Source: Hypanus sabinus
Taxonomy: Eukaryota
Length of the DNA: 64,000 nucleotides
NCBI RefSeq assembly: GCF_030144855.1
Contig: NC_082731.1
Span: 38,440,001 to 38,504,000 of the forward strand
Reading direction: 5' to 3'
Under the pieces are notes generated by a model. That model saw nothing but the letters and a program-made list of their open reading frames with translations, had not been told where the DNA came from and did not search any database. This document shows positions 1-12,649 of the stretch, one piece after another. Position numbers and translations under genes: made by a program. Position 1 is the first letter of the stretch. Each line of letters opens with the position of its first letter.

Positions 1-477
1 ACCACACACCTATGAAAGTCGAAGTGGAGCTGCAGGTAGTTTTGAGGAAGTGGGATCATGCGGAAGGTCTGAGACAGATTAGGAGAGTGGGTTTGAGGTG
101 GTGCTGGTGAAGCCCCTTATTAACAATACTTTTTCTGGTAAACACGTTAATGGTAAGTGATTGCCACAAACGATGGAGAGGTGAGGAGAGACGAGGCTGA
201 GTCAAAGCATGCCGGTACAAGACCAAGTCGAAGTGAGGCCGAGGCAAAGTCGGGGTGAGTGGAGGAGAGGCAGATTCGAGGCCCGTCCACCTAAACCTGG
301 AGCGAGTTTCGATCAATCTAAGCGCCAGGCTGATTTGGAAACATAGTGGTGTGGTCTGGTTTCCAAGTGTATCGATGCAACAGGGCCAGAGTCCTCGAGC
401 CAGGAACAACCCAGTGTTTGGAAGATTTAAACGCTGGGCCAGATGGATTTAAAAGGCACAGTCAGGTTGGAGGAGTA

Positions 478-1027
478 TTCCATCTGGATAGCCTCCAACT
501 TGATGGCATGAACATTGATTTCTCAATGCCCACCCACCACTTTGCCATTCCCATTTCCCTCTCTCACCTTATCCCCTTACTTGCCCATCACGTCCCTCTG
601 GTGCCCTTCCACCTTTACTTTTTTTCATGGCCTCTCTCCTCTCCTATCAGATTCCCCCTTCTCCAGCCCTGTATCTCTTTTACCAATCAGCCCCAGCTCT
701 TTATTTCACTCCTTCTACCCCCTCCCAGTTTCACCTATCACCTTGTGTTTCTCCCTCCCCTCAGCCCACCTTTTAATAGAACATAGAACAGTATAGCACA
801 GTACAGGCCCTTCAGCCCACAATGTTGTGCTGACCCTTAAACCCTGCATTCCATATAAACCCCACCTTAAATTTCTCCATATACCTATCTAGTAGTCTCT
901 TAACTCTAATCATCTTTTTTTCTCCAGTCCTCATAAAGGGTCTCAGTTTGAAACATAGACTGTTTATTCTTTTCCACAGATGCTGCCTGGCCTGCTGAGT
1001 TCCTCCAGCATTGTGTGTGTTTGTTGC
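478..1027 (+). mobile_element. Penelope-like element 3' end, interrupted by a CR1 3' fragment (779-905, minus)
   Basis: Translates FHLDSLQLDGMNIDFS (GIY-YIG C-terminal end), followed by a pyrimidine-rich tract and the terminal repeat gatgctgcctggcctgctgagttcctccagcatt seen throughout the window. Confidence 0.75.
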
Positions 1028-1029
1028 TC

Positions 1030-1285
1030 AGAATAGGTGGACAGAGATGAGGAGGAATTTCTTTAGCCAGGAGGTGACGACTGTGGAATTCATTGCCACA
1101 GTGTAGGCTCTGTCATTGGAAATATTTAAAGTGGAGGTTGCTTTTTGATTAGTGAAAGCTTCAAAGGTTACAAGGAGAAGGCAGGAAAATGGTTTTGAGA
1201 GGGATAAGAAATTAGCCATGGTGGAATGGAGGAACAGACTCGATGGCTAATGGTGTATTTCTGTTCCTATGTCTTAATGGTCTTA
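1030..1285 (+). mobile_element. CR1 LINE 3' fragment
   Basis: gagatgaggaggaatttctttagccag (EMRRNFFSQ) and 3'UTR shared with other CR1 copies here. Confidence 0.75.
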
Positions 1286-1289
1286 TTTA

Positions 1290-1530
1290 AAGAAATAAAG
1301 AGTAAACATTTTGGGTCAAGACCCTTCATCAGGACTGGAAAGTGAAGAGAAAGAAGCCACAATAGGAGTCTGGGGGAGGAGCAGGAATACGAGCTGGCAG
1401 GTGATAGTCGAAACCAGGGAGGAGGAGGGAATGAAGTGAGCAGCTGGGAGCTGATAAGTGGGAAAGATAACGAGCTGAAGAGGAAGGAAATGGATAGGAG
1501 AGAAGAGTTGTCCACGGGAGAAAGGGAATG
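1290..1530 (-). mobile_element. Penelope-like 3' fragment
   Basis: Minus strand reads ttccagtcctgatgaagggtcttgaccc after a pyrimidine-rich tract. Confidence 0.65.
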
Positions 1531-2299
1531 AGGAGGGGCGCCGGAGAGAATTTATGGACGTGTTCTCTGCTTCCAAAGGGTTGCATCTCACACAGCTGGG
1601 GTTTTTCAGTACATGACTGTTCTCTGAAGTCTGAAAGCAGACTTAGTTGGACGTTCAATGGAGCAGCGAGAGAAATCAGAGATGGGCAGGGTATGTGGAT
1701 TGGGTCTGTGGTAGGGGGTAAGCATGTGCAGAAATGTAGGGAATCAGAGGATGGGGTGTAGCAATGAATGACATTTGGAAGGTGATAGATTAGGAAAAAG
1801 AGTATGGTAACTTGTTGACACACACAACGCCTGTTTTGGGAGCCTATTGTGTTAAACTAGCTGCTGACCTCTCCTCAGAAAAAACGTTGACTGAATTGCT
1901 GCTATTTTGGCAGAGTTCAGCAGCGCTAGCAAACACTTTCAATGGCCTCAACTGAAGAGCAATTGCTGCCGGCTCCAGACACACCATGGACCTGCACCCC
2001 AGGTCAGTCACAATCCTTCCCTCTCCCTCTGCTGCATGATGTGCACCAGGGTCCCGGGGAGACTTTTGCTGGCATCACCTCTGATGGGACCGTGATGTCT
2101 AGCCTGGTTTCTGACTTGGGGAAGATAGAGGCAGTGTGCTGTTTTCCTGTGATTGGAAAGGCAGATGGAGGAGTAATTGTAGTGGACCTCCAGGCATAGC
2201 TGAGGTCTTGCTATCTAAATCTAAGGATTTGTGACTCTGACCAAAAAATATAGATTGGACTTTTCTCTTCCATGAAGAACTTCAGAAAATTAACTATTT

Positions 2300-4030
2300 T
2301 ATCAAGTCAAGTTTAACTATATACACGTCTATAATATATATAACCATATAATGTATATAGAAATGACGCAATGTTTCTTTGAACCAGGGTGTACAACACA
2401 GCAGTACATATAACTCACATACCACATGATGACTTAGGAAGGTAAGGATAAAATTTACAGATAAATCACACATAGATAAGTGCATTAATATTAAATATTG
2501 TAAGGTATGGGATAGAATAATCAGTGACTCTTCGAATAGGTGGGGAGTTCAGAAGCCTAATGGTGTGGGGGAAGGAACAGTTTCTCAACTGACCGTTCTT
2601 TTTATGTATCATGGTCTCCTGCCTGATGGTAGAAGGTTAAAGAGGTTGCTTGATGGATGGGTGGGATTCTTGATCATACCAAGGGACCTGCATTCGTGGC
2701 GCTCCTGATCAATGTTAGCAGTGGATGGTAGGGAGACCCAGTTGGATCTCCCATACCAGATGGAGATGCAACTTGTCAGAATACTCACAATGGTGCTCCA
2801 TTAAAACGCAGTTAAGATTGGTGGGGATGGGACCCTTGCTTGCCTCAGTCTTCTTAGGAAGTGGAGGTGCCGTTGTGCCTTCTTGTTCAGGGACCAGGTG
2901 AGGTCATTTGTGATGTGAACTCCCAGGGGCTTGGTACACTTAACTCTCCTACGGAGCAGCCACGTATTCGCAGAGGGAAATGGTTTGTCTGCACCTTCCT
3001 GAAGTCCACCATGATTTCCTTTGTCTTCTCCATGTTCAGGCTTAGGTTGTTCCCACCCCAATCCACTAACAACCCCACTCACCCTCTGTACTCTGTCTTG
3101 TCATCGTTCTTGATAAAGCCAACCACTGTGGTGTCATCCACAAACTTGATGGCATGGTTTGAGCTGGATCCTGTGACCCAGTGGGCATCAGCAGTGTGAA
3201 TAGCAGCTGGCTGAGCACACAAACTTGGGGAGTGCCAACGCTCATCGTAGTGGAATTAGAGACATAGTTGTCCACACAGACTGACTATATCTTTACTGTT
3301 AAGAAGTCCAGTATGCAATTGTATAGGGAGGTGTTGAGACCCAGTGAGGACCCAGTTTCTGGGGTACGATGGTGTTAAACAGCAGTCTGGCATATGAGAC
3401 CCCATTTTCCAGGTGGGACAGGACAGAGTGATGGGCAGAACCGATTTCATTGTCAGTGGATCAAGCTGAGTGATAAGTGAACTGGAAAGGGTCCAGTGTA
3501 GCTGGGAGAAAGGTTTTCATGTACTCCATGTCCAGCCAGTAAAAGCATTTCATAATGATTGATCTTAATGCCACTGGACGAAAGTCATTTAGGCAGGTTA
3601 CTGTTGCCTTCTTTGGCACTGGAATGATGGTTGCCACCTTGAAAACCTGGGGGGGGGGGTTGCAATGGATTGTTACAGAGAGATGTTGAATATATCCATC
3701 AGCACCTCTGTCAACTGGGCTGTGCAGTCTTTCAGAACCTGACCTGGTATGTTATTGCGACCCACAGCTTTGCCAGAGTTAACTCTGGCCAGGGTCTTCC
3801 TCGCCTCAGCTTCAGCCAGACGGAGTGTCTTGAGTGGAGGGATGCCTTCCTCATCAGCACTTTGTTCTGCACATCAAACTGGGCGCAGAAGACATTCAGA
3901 CTCCCGGGGAGTGAAGCAACCTGGTCACTGCACTGGACCGACTTGTCGTGTGTAATCCTCTGAACTCCCTGCCACATGTGCCCCCTGTCTCTGTAAATGC
4001 TCCCATTTCACCTTCCTGATTGAGTGAGAA
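2300..4030 (-). mobile_element. Degenerate Rex1/Babar-type LINE (RT and 3' end)
   Basis: Minus-strand peptides CVLSQLLFTL, KFVDDTTVVG, NNLSLNMEKTKEIMVDFRK, LGVHITNDLTWS; many frameshifts. Confidence 0.8.
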
Positions 4031-4146
4031 AGCACAGTTCTTGCTTCCCTGAGAGCTGTTGCATCCTTCTTCCCAAAGTTATGGGTGATTTTCAGTGCTT
4101 CCTAAGGGCTGTGTCCCATGCAAACGTGTTGCTCAATATACTACTG

Positions 4147-4778
4147 TCCTCCAAAGTCCAAACTCCAAATAGCAATGGCGAAAGAAGCTTTCCAGAAAAT
4201 GAAGACCATATTAACAGACAGAAAGATAAGCATGTACACTGAAAACAGAATACTGCAGTGCTACACTTATTCTATCCAGACCTATGGATGTGAATGCTGG
4301 ACCGTTTCCCCAGCAATGGAAAAGAGACTAGAAGCAACTCTACAATTTTTATTATCAGAGCACCTAGATTTTCTTAATCATAAGCAGCTGAATTATGGTT
4401 CTACAGCAGAATGNNNNNNNNNNNNNNNNNNNNNNNNNNNNNNNNNNNNNNNNNNNNNNNNNNNNNNNNNNNNNNNNNNNNNNNNNNNNNNNNNNNNNNN
4501 NNNNNNNNNNNNNNNNNNNNNNNNNNNNNNNNNNNNNNNNNNNNNNNNNNNNNNNNNNNAGAGACCAAGCAGTGAGATCACTTATACCAACAGTAAGAGA
4601 AAGTCAGCTCAGATGCCTAGGACACATCATGCAGGAAGATGAACTAGAAAAAATAATACTCCCTGGAAAGGTCGAGGGGAGCAAACCTAGAGGAAGACCT
4701 CGGCTTATGTCCATCAAGAGCCCAGCCAAGTGGCTATACATTGAGGAAATGGAAGTCATCCAAAGAACGAGGTGATAG
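4147..4778 (+). mobile_element. RTE-clade LINE 3' fragment spanning an assembly gap
   Basis: IAMAKEAFQKMKTILT...TYGCECWT and LGHIMQEDELEKIILPGKVEGSKPRGRPR, typical of the RTE ORF C-terminus. Confidence 0.75.
4414..4559. other. Assembly gap (146 N)
   Basis: Run of N. Confidence 1.
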
Positions 4779-4779
4779 A

Positions 4780-4989
4780 TCTGTACACCTTACTGCCCTA
4801 TTGTCCTGTTTATTATTTATTGTAATGCCTGCACTGTTTTGTGCACTTTATGCAGTCCTGGGTACGTCTGTAGTCTAGTGTAGTTTTTTTCTGTGTTTTT
4901 TTTTAACGTAGTTCGGTCTAGTTTTTATACTGTGTCATGTAACACCATGGTCCTGATAAAACGTTGTCTCATTTTTACTGTGTACTGTA
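4780..4989 (+). mobile_element. Rex1/Babar 3'UTR fragment
   Basis: Near-identical to 21170-21370 and to 14161-14345 (minus). Confidence 0.75.
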
Positions 4990-6878
4990 TGATGCACCAT
5001 CAATAATTCTCTGAGACGTGAGGCGAGATATAGGCTTTTATAGATATAGAGATATAGGTCTCTCTTCCTGCCTTCCCTCGACCATCACTCACTGGCACTC
5101 ATCCCCCAATCACTGCAATCACCTCCCCACCATCTCTGCCCAGCCCCCCTAGATCACAGCTTAGAATCAGCAAAGGAGAAGTATGTCGACTGTTCCAGCG
5201 ACTTCAGACCCGAAAATCTCCAGGCCCAGATGGGGTCTCCCCCTCCTGTCTATGAGCCTGTGCTGATCAGCTGGTTCCCATCTTCACTCAGCTCTTTAAT
5301 AGATCTCTGGAGCTGAGTGAGGTTCCGACTTGCTTCAAGTGCTCTACCATCATCCCGGTCCCCAAGAAACACACCATCACAGGACTGAACGACTACAGAC
5401 CTGTCGCACTGACATCCGTGGTCATGGAATCCTTTGAATGCTTGGTGTTGAATCACCTGAAGACCCTCACCAGCAGCCTGCTGGATCCCCTGCAGTTTGT
5501 CTACCGGGCAAATAGGTCAGTAGACGATGCAGTCAACCTGGGACTGCACTATATCCTGCAACATCTGGATCGTCCTGGGACCTATGCTCGGATGCTGTTT
5601 GTGGATTTCAGTTCGGCGTTTAACACCATCGTCCCTCATACCCTCTGCTCCAAATTGTCTCACCTCACTGTGCCACCTGACATCTGCGACTGGATTTACA
5701 GCTTCCTGACCAACAGAAGTCAGCAGGTAAGGATGGGACAGGTCACCTCGGATACTCGAATCACCAACACCGGCGCCCCCCCAGGGGTGTGTCCTCTCTC
5801 CACTGCTGTTCTCCCTCTACACCAATGACTGCACCTCCTCCAACCCCTATGTGAAGCTTTTGAAGTTTGCAGATGACTCCACCATCATCGGACTTATCCA
5901 GAACAGTGATGAGTCTGCACATCGACAGCAGGTGGACCAACTGGCGCTCTGGTGCAGTAGGAACAATCTGGAGCTGAACACGCTCAAGACAAAGGAAATG
6001 ATAGTGGATTTCAGGAGACATTCCCCGTTATGTCCCCCCTCACAGTCCTTAGCGGCCTTGTGTCCACCGTGGAGAACTTCTGGTTCCTGGGAACCACCAT
6101 CTCTCAGGATCTGAAGTGGGAGCAGAACATCAGCTCCATCCTGAAGAAGGCCCAGCAGCGGATGTACTTCCTGCGGCTCTTGAGGAAATATGGTCTGCCT
6201 CAGGAATTGCTGCTGCAGTTCTACACTGCAGTCATTGAGTCTGTCCTGTGCACCTCCATCACTGTGTGGTTTGGAGCCGCCACCAAGCAGGATAGAACCA
6301 GACTACAGCGCACAGTGAGGACTGCCGAGCGCATCATTGGAGCCTCCCTGCCCTCTATTGTGGACCTGTACTCTTCCAGGTTGAAGAAGAGGGCGGGGAA
6401 CATCACAAAGGACTCCTCCCATCCTGCGCACGGACTGTTTGAACTGCTTCCGTCTGGTAGGCGCTTCAGATCCCTCCAGACTAAGACTAATAGGCACTGG
6501 AGAAGTTTTTTCCCTACTGCGGTCACTTTGCTGAACAGTTAACTGCCGGTTAACAGTCGGCAAACTATTACTTGGATTTCACTACCTGTATATATAATCT
6601 ATATTTTCATTTATATTTATCATTATTATTGTTATGAGCAGAGAGACAACATCTGCCGGAAGTAAATTCCTTGTATGTGCACAGGTACTTGGCGATTAAA
6701 GTCTGATTCTGATTCTGATTATTCGCTGGAAGAGAGCAGTCAGCAGCAAGAGATCCCCAGACGACATCCTGGGGACTGAGGGAGGAGCAGTGCCTCCAAT
6801 CGCATTTATACCGGGGTCTGTGGGAGGAGCCACAGGGGCAGTCAGCAGGAGCGTGTCCAGACAGATATATGTAGTTCA
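4990..6878 (-). mobile_element. Solo LTR split in two (4990-5041 and 6720-6878) by a Rex1 LINE
   Basis: Joined halves on the minus strand give TGAACTAC...GGTATAAA...AATAAAAGCC...GGTGCATCA, with TG/CA ends, TATA box and polyA signal. Confidence 0.55.
5056..6719 (+). mobile_element. Young 5'-truncated Rex1/Babar LINE (RT)
   Basis: [57 protein letters not shown]; few disablements; ATTAAA plus (CTGATT)n tail. Confidence 0.92.
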
Positions 6879-6879
6879 T

Positions 6880-7380
6880 ATGGCGGAGGACACTCGGCCC
6901 ATCCACTTTTGACTTGCATTACCCAGCGATCTGGGCGCTTCGGGAATGGGATTCGCCTCGGGGGGAGAGGAGACGGCTGACCAGGCGCGCATGCGCCAAG
7001 AGTCGCGGCGAGGAGAGCGCTGCGCATGCGCTCACTAGACAATAGACTCTGGAGGATCGGCGGCAGGTAGGAGCGGGGCTTGGGCTGGCGATTGCATCGG
7101 GACCGGGGTCCACACCCCGGCCGAGAGACATTTGCTGCGAGTTCCGGACGCAGCACCCTGAGCTCTGGGATTAAAAACGGCCCTTCCCCGGGGAAATGTC
7201 TGCTGATGAGCGAAGGCCCTGGCGCTAATCCTATGGCGCATGCGTGTCGCTGGATCGGCGGCTGATAGACGGGGATCTGGTTCGTGGGTGAATCGGTTTC
7301 TGGTTTGTGGGGGTTTCTGGGTACAGGGACCGCCATCGGGGACTGCAGAGGCGTGATTTGGAGCGTTCTCGGAGGGAGTG
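6880..7380 (+). promoter_or_regulatory. CpG-rich promoter / first exon of ZNF gene 1 with NRF1 sites
   Basis: Local CpG enrichment; GCGCATGCGC at 6987 and 7022, GCGCATGCGT at 7236; candidate donor CAG|GTAGG at 7067; paralogous to the 22.9 kb and 52.6 kb promoters. Confidence 0.75.
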
Positions 7381-7754
7381 GAAGAGGACAGACCTCCCAG
7401 ACCAGTTCCAACAGGTTAGCCAAATCACTTCCCCGCCTTGGTCACTGACATTGACTTTGGTGAGCTTTTCACTGTCAATCAACTGTTGGCGTCGGGGAGG
7501 GTGGAGTCTGGTTAATTAAAAAGTCTCCAGGAGCAGTCACGTAATATATGGGTGCACCTAGCGATAGCTGTGGGACAAGCCCAGAACCTGGAGCTGTACT
7601 AATGGACTGAGACAAACGGAGCCAACTCAGAGATTGACTTTGAACAGAAATGCCCCATCGTGGAACAGATAGGAAGACAGTCAAGTTAGTTTTATAGTCA
7701 GTGTGGATGCCTGAACCCAGTTAAAAAGGGACATTCCTCCAACTTGGGTTGAGC

Positions 7755-7845
7755 CCTGCTTTAACTATGTGACACCATAGGGATGATCTCTTCTGAAATG
7801 CTGTCCTTCACAAATTGATGACTTCTGTAAACTTTTTTTTTACAG
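7755..7845 (+). other. Conserved 3' splice acceptor of ZNF gene 1
   Basis: ttctgtaaactttttttttacag|GG; same motif at 27063 and 56179. Confidence 0.75.
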
Positions 7846-8693
7846 GGCACAAAAGGTAAAGGATTTGTACACGTAGATCTCAAAGACGTCAGTTCCACTG
7901 TATGTTGTCATCAATCTTTGGACGTGGAGGAGGAGATAGTTGATAAGACAATACACAATTTGGATTAAGGAGAACCTGAACACCTGCTCAGTGTAGGAGA
8001 GAGATTTGGATGAAGAAATCTGGAGACAAACCTTGTAAGTTCTCTTCAAGTTATTGAAGGAGTGAACAGGTATTTCCATTGTAACGCCAGTATATCACTG
8101 GTGGAACCTTGGAGCAGAAGGTGTATCTCAGTCCAGCTGGAAATGTGCTTTGTGTCTGAAATGAAGTTTTCTGTTGTAACTCTGTGAAATCCACTGGAAC
8201 TGGGGTACTGAGAACACATCAGCATTGGATTACCAGAGATCAGGCCTCCAACTGCATTGCCTACAAGGGAGAAATGACTTCTGATATCTAACTTGATGAA
8301 TCGCCAGAGAACTGATAGCAGGGAGATATCATTCACCCGCTCTCGGTGTGGGAAGGGATTTACTCGCTCAGCCGACCTGCGGACACTCCGGTGAATTTGC
8401 ACAGGGGAGAGCCCGTTCACCTGGTACTCAGTAATCCAGCCTGAAGATAGATCAGCAAGTTCACTTCATAGTGAGATTGTTCAGACGACTCTAAGCAATT
8501 CATTCTGCTATCCAAGCTGAAGATACATTGGAAAATTCACCACGGTGAGAGACTGTTCACCTGCTCTGTGTGTGGGAAGGCAGTCACTTGACCACTCAAC
8601 TTAGTGACACACAAGCGAGCTCACACGAGAGAGAGGGAGAGACTGTTCTTTTCTTCTGTGTGTAGGACGGGATTCACTTGTACATCTCACGTG

Positions 8694-9950
8694 ATGAGTC
8701 ACCCCTTAATGCACTCCAAGGAGTGGCCGTTCATCTGCTCGGACTGTGGGAAGGGATTCACTGATTTGTCCCAACTGCAGGAGCACCAGCGAGTTCACAC
8801 AAGAGCATTCACCTGTCCCGTGTGTGGGAAGGGATTCGCTCACTCATCCCATGTACTGAGGCACCAGCGAGTTCACTCTGGGGAGAAGCCATTCACCTGC
8901 TCGGACTGTGGGAAGGCATTCACTCAGTCGTCCCACCTGCAGGTACACAAGCGAGTTCACAGTGGGGAGAGGCCATTTATCTGCTCTGTCTGCGGGAAGG
9001 GATACACTCAGTCCTCTGATCTGATGATACACCAGCGGGTTCACACAGGAGAAAGGCCGTTCACCTGTTCTGTGTGTGGGAAGGGATTCACTCACTCTTC
9101 CCACCTGATCAGACACCTGCGTGTTCACTCTGGGGAGAAGCCCTTCACCTGCTCAGACTGTGGGAAGGCATTTACACAGTCCTCTCACTTGCAAGTACAC
9201 CGGCGTGTTCACAGTGGAGAGAGGCCATTTATCTGCTCTGTTTGTGGGAAGCGATGTACTCAATCTTCTGACCTGATGAGGCACCAGCGGGTGCACACTG
9301 GGGAGAGGCCATTCACCTGCTCTGAATGTGGGAAGGGATTCACTCGGTCATCTCACCTGCTAGCACACCAGGCAGTTCACACTGGGGAGAGGCCATTCAC
9401 CTGCTCTGAATGTGGGGTGGGATTCACTCACTCATCCTATCTGATAAGTCATCAGCGGGTTCACACTGGGGAGAGGCCGTTCACCTGCTTAGAATGTGGG
9501 AAGGGATTCACTCGGTCTTCTCACCTACTGGCGCACCAGAGAGTCCACACTGGGGAGAGGCCATTCACCTGCTCGATTTGTGGGAAGGGATTCACTGAGT
9601 CGTCTCACCTGCATGCGCACCAGCGAGTTCACACTGGGGAGAGGCCATTCACCTGTTCCGTGTGTGGGAAGGCATTCACTCACTCATCCCAGCTGATAAG
9701 GCACCAGCGAGTTCACTCCGGGGAGAAGCCGTACACTTGCTCGGACTGTGGGAAGGCGTTTAATCAGTCCTCTCACTTGCAGACCCACCAGCGAGTTCAC
9801 AGTGGGGAGAGACCATATATCTGCCCAATCTGTGGGAAGGGATTCATCCAATCAGCTGAACTGCTGAAACACCAGCGAGTTCATAGTGGGGAAGCCCGTT
9901 CACCTGTTGTGAATGTGGGAAGAGATTCACTCAGTTACACCACATTGTGA
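8694..9950 (+). CDS. C2H2 zinc-finger protein, 14 fingers, 418 aa (ZNF gene 1)
   Basis: 14 CxxC-x12-HxxxH fingers with TGERPF/SGEKPF linkers; first in-frame ATG at 8694 (GTGATGA); the ORF-track start at 8604 is GTG. Confidence 0.9.
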   Translation: MSHPLMHSKEWPFICSDCGKGFTDLSQLQEHQRVHTRAFTCPVCGKGFAHSSHVLRHQRVHSGEKPFTCSDCGKAFTQSSHLQVHKRVHSGERPFICSVCGKGYTQSSDLMIHQRVHTGERPFTCSVCGKGFTHSSHLIRHLRVHSGEKPFTCSDCGKAFTQSSHLQVHRRVHSGERPFICSVCGKRCTQSSDLMRHQRVHTGERPFTCSECGKGFTRSSHLLAHQAVHTGERPFTCSECGVGFTHSSYLISHQRVHTGERPFTCLECGKGFTRSSHLLAHQRVHTGERPFTCSICGKGFTESSHLHAHQRVHTGERPFTCSVCGKAFTHSSQLIRHQRVHSGEKPYTCSDCGKAFNQSSHLQTHQRVHSGERPYICPICGKGFIQSAELLKHQRVHSGEARSPVVNVGRDSLSYTTL

Positions 9951-10830
9951 AGTATCAGTGGGTTTACACTGAGAGGCTGCATACCTGGCCTGTGTGAGTA
10001 AACAGGTTTACTCGTTCATCCTACCTGCTGGTACGCCAGCTCAAGATTTTGGGGAGTTATGTACGGTGTCTTCGCACCCGTAGACACCATCATGCTCACA
10101 GTGGCCGGGGTCCATTCATCTGCTCTGTGTGGCAGGAATTCACTTGCTCAGCCCACAGGCAGAAACACCAGTGGGTTCACAGTGGAAAGAGGGCACTCAC
10201 CTGTTCTGTGTGTGGGAGGGATATACTCTGTCATCCAGCCTGAAGATGTTCCCATTGCACAGTGACCATATACCTGATCTGACTCTGGGTAGCGATTCCT
10301 TAAGATCCCCAACCTCAGGACACATAAGTGAGTTCACACTGGAGAGGGGTTATCCATCTGGTCTAGGTGTGGGAAGGAATTCATTCAGTCACTTCAGCCA
10401 CTGAGCACCAGCGAGTTCCCACGAGGGAGTAGCCGTTCACCTGTTCTGAGTGTGGGAAGGGTTTCATTCAGTTAAACCACCTTGTGAGGCTCCATTAAGT
10501 TCACAATAAGGTGAGGCCACACTTCTGTCCTAAATGAGCAAAGAGATTTACTCAGTTGTCCCTTATGGTGAGATTCCAGCAACTTCACATCAAGGAGAAG
10601 GTTCGAATAAGCTGTCTGTTATATTTTTAGGCATCACGGCAGCTGGATCTGGTTGCAAGCTCCTGAATGATTCTTCATGTCAGGTTCTGCTGTTACTGCA
10701 GCTGCTGACCGTACCCGGGACTGAACCCTGGTCATTGAGCATTCAAGGGGTTAATTCCAGCCTTAAATGAGACTGGTGTTTAATATTGTAGATCTGTGAC
10801 AAATAAATGAGTTGCATTTCAAATCCTGTG
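9951..10830 (+). other. 3'UTR of ZNF gene 1: decayed fingers plus conserved polyA module
   Basis: Frameshifted finger relics (e.g. cacctgttctgagtgtgggaagggtttc); AATAAA at 10802. Confidence 0.75.
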
Positions 10831-12649
10831 TCCCAGGTGCTTACTCTCTCTCGCATATGCCCAGTGTACAGTACCGAGGCCTTTCAGCCTATTGAGTTCT
10901 GTTCCTTTCACTGTTCCGTACCAGTCCTATTAAATCCAATCCTGCTGACCTCCTCTCACTCTCCCTATCATCATGGGTTGCTCTGGTCACCACTCTGTGA
11001 GTGAAGAGGGATCCCTTGGGTTCCCTGCATGGTTTTGTCCCGCTTGTTCCTTGTTCCTCAGGGTTCCTGGCCAAGGAAAAATGCCATGGCCTGTGAATTC
11101 CTGCTTCCCTGCTCTTTTCAGCTGTATGCTCTGTCCCTTTTCGATTTTTATGGGTTGTTTTCACTGCTCTCAAAGGGCTGCGTCTCACACAGCTGGCTTG
11201 TTATGATACTCCACTCTAAAGTCTGAAAGCAGAGTGCAAAGCAGACAGATGTCCAGTACAGAGTCAGAGTCGGAGGCAAGTTAAGGGCAGGTCTTGGGAT
11301 TCCTGATAACGGTGGTGGTATGGGCACATCATGAGAAGGATGTGGCAACAAACATCATATGGGCAGCATTTAGAAGCTGATTGACAGGGATAATGTCATT
11401 TTATTGCCGCACCTGTGTTATGAGGCTGACTTGACATATGCAGTGTCTGCTGACGTTGACTATATTGCTTATCGGAGCTTGCAATGTTAGATCGGCTGCT
11501 GTGTTCTTGGGAAGCCATTGACTGCGTTGAGCCAGCTCAGTTCTGAGTGGTCCACCGCGGAGGAAAATGTTCTGGAGGGTGGTAAAGAAGTAACAAACTC
11601 CATCAGCTAACTGAAAACTAGTGAACCCTGAGCACAGTTCCACTCCTTCCTTATTTTGGTCAACTTGCAGTCTGGCTGTTCCCCAAACTGGAGGTACATT
11701 TCTCCGCAATGAACGGGCCACAGCTGGTGCTGTGATGTGTGTCTGTACCTGGGGTGATGACCTCTTCCTGCTCACCCAAGCCCCCCCATACCCAGTTATG
11801 TGAGTCAGCTCCCAGGATCGGCTGAGATGGAGGGTCCCTGCTCATTCTTGAGTGTTCTATCAGGAGTGTTTCAGACGAAGGAATTGCACTTTCAGTTTTC
11901 ACTTCCTGGAGGAAGGCATTGAACTCTGTTCTAAGTCAAAGCTGAGTCAAGTGCACAAGTTCAATGAAAAACTTACTTGTAGTTGCATCACAGGAAAAAA
12001 AAGTTAAACTTTAAGCACAGTTTTCACAAGAAAAGAACAGTTAGAGCAAAACGTAGTCTATTTTAGTGGAACAAGATCCAAATGGTCACAGTTGCTAAAA
12101 TGTTCATTTGGGTCATGGCTGATATGCATTTGAATGGCATCTGCTATCCTTGGTACAGATCACTGAATCCTTGCCGAACAAAACCATTTCTTTCTCATTT
12201 ACTCTCTCTCATTTGACAGAGTCTGGGCCACCCTCCGCTCATTCACACTTGCTTCTCCTCCAGCCCACTTGGCCTTTGGTGTCATTTGGCCTCCACACCC
12301 GTCCTTCGGGCCAGTGGCAGGATTTGGGTCTAGTGGGACCTGAGGGCAGCTCTCCTCCAGGTCCAGGCCTCCATTGCTGTATGGGGGGTGATTGGCACAC
12401 CTCCTTGCAGTGCCACGCAGCGGTCAACCATCAGAATTTGATTCCCGTTGCTGCCTGTGGGGAGATTGTATGTTCTCCCCGTGGCTGCCTGGGTTTACTA
12501 TGGCGGTTCCTGTTCCCTCCCACATGGTTAACGTTGTGGTTGGTGAGTTTCGGAGGTGCTGTGTTGGCACCAGAGGTGTATGGAGGTCTGCGGGCTGCTT
12601 CCCAGCGCAGTCCTCACTGATTTAATTTGGTGTGGTTGACAGATTTCAT

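Noticed and set aside
1-410. Possible Penelope N-terminal ORF fragment on the minus strand
   Set aside because: Only vague resemblance, with no diagnostic motif
6842-7423. 193-aa minus ORF and similar ORFs at 22877-23362
   Set aside because: Stop-poor GC-rich promoter sequence; not conserved in frame between paralogous promoters
8604-8693. ORF-track starts at 8604, 27485 and 56660
   Set aside because: They are GTG codons; the first in-frame ATGs are 8694, 27503 and 56783
8822-9696. Alternative-frame ORFs (MWEGIHS.., MGRDSL..) overlapping the ZNF genes, also at 27.5-28.4 kb and 57-58 kb
   Set aside because: Shadow frames of the 84-bp finger repeat
8694-9950. Regular repeats as a CRISPR-like array
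   Set aside because: They are coding C2H2 repeats in eukaryotic DNA
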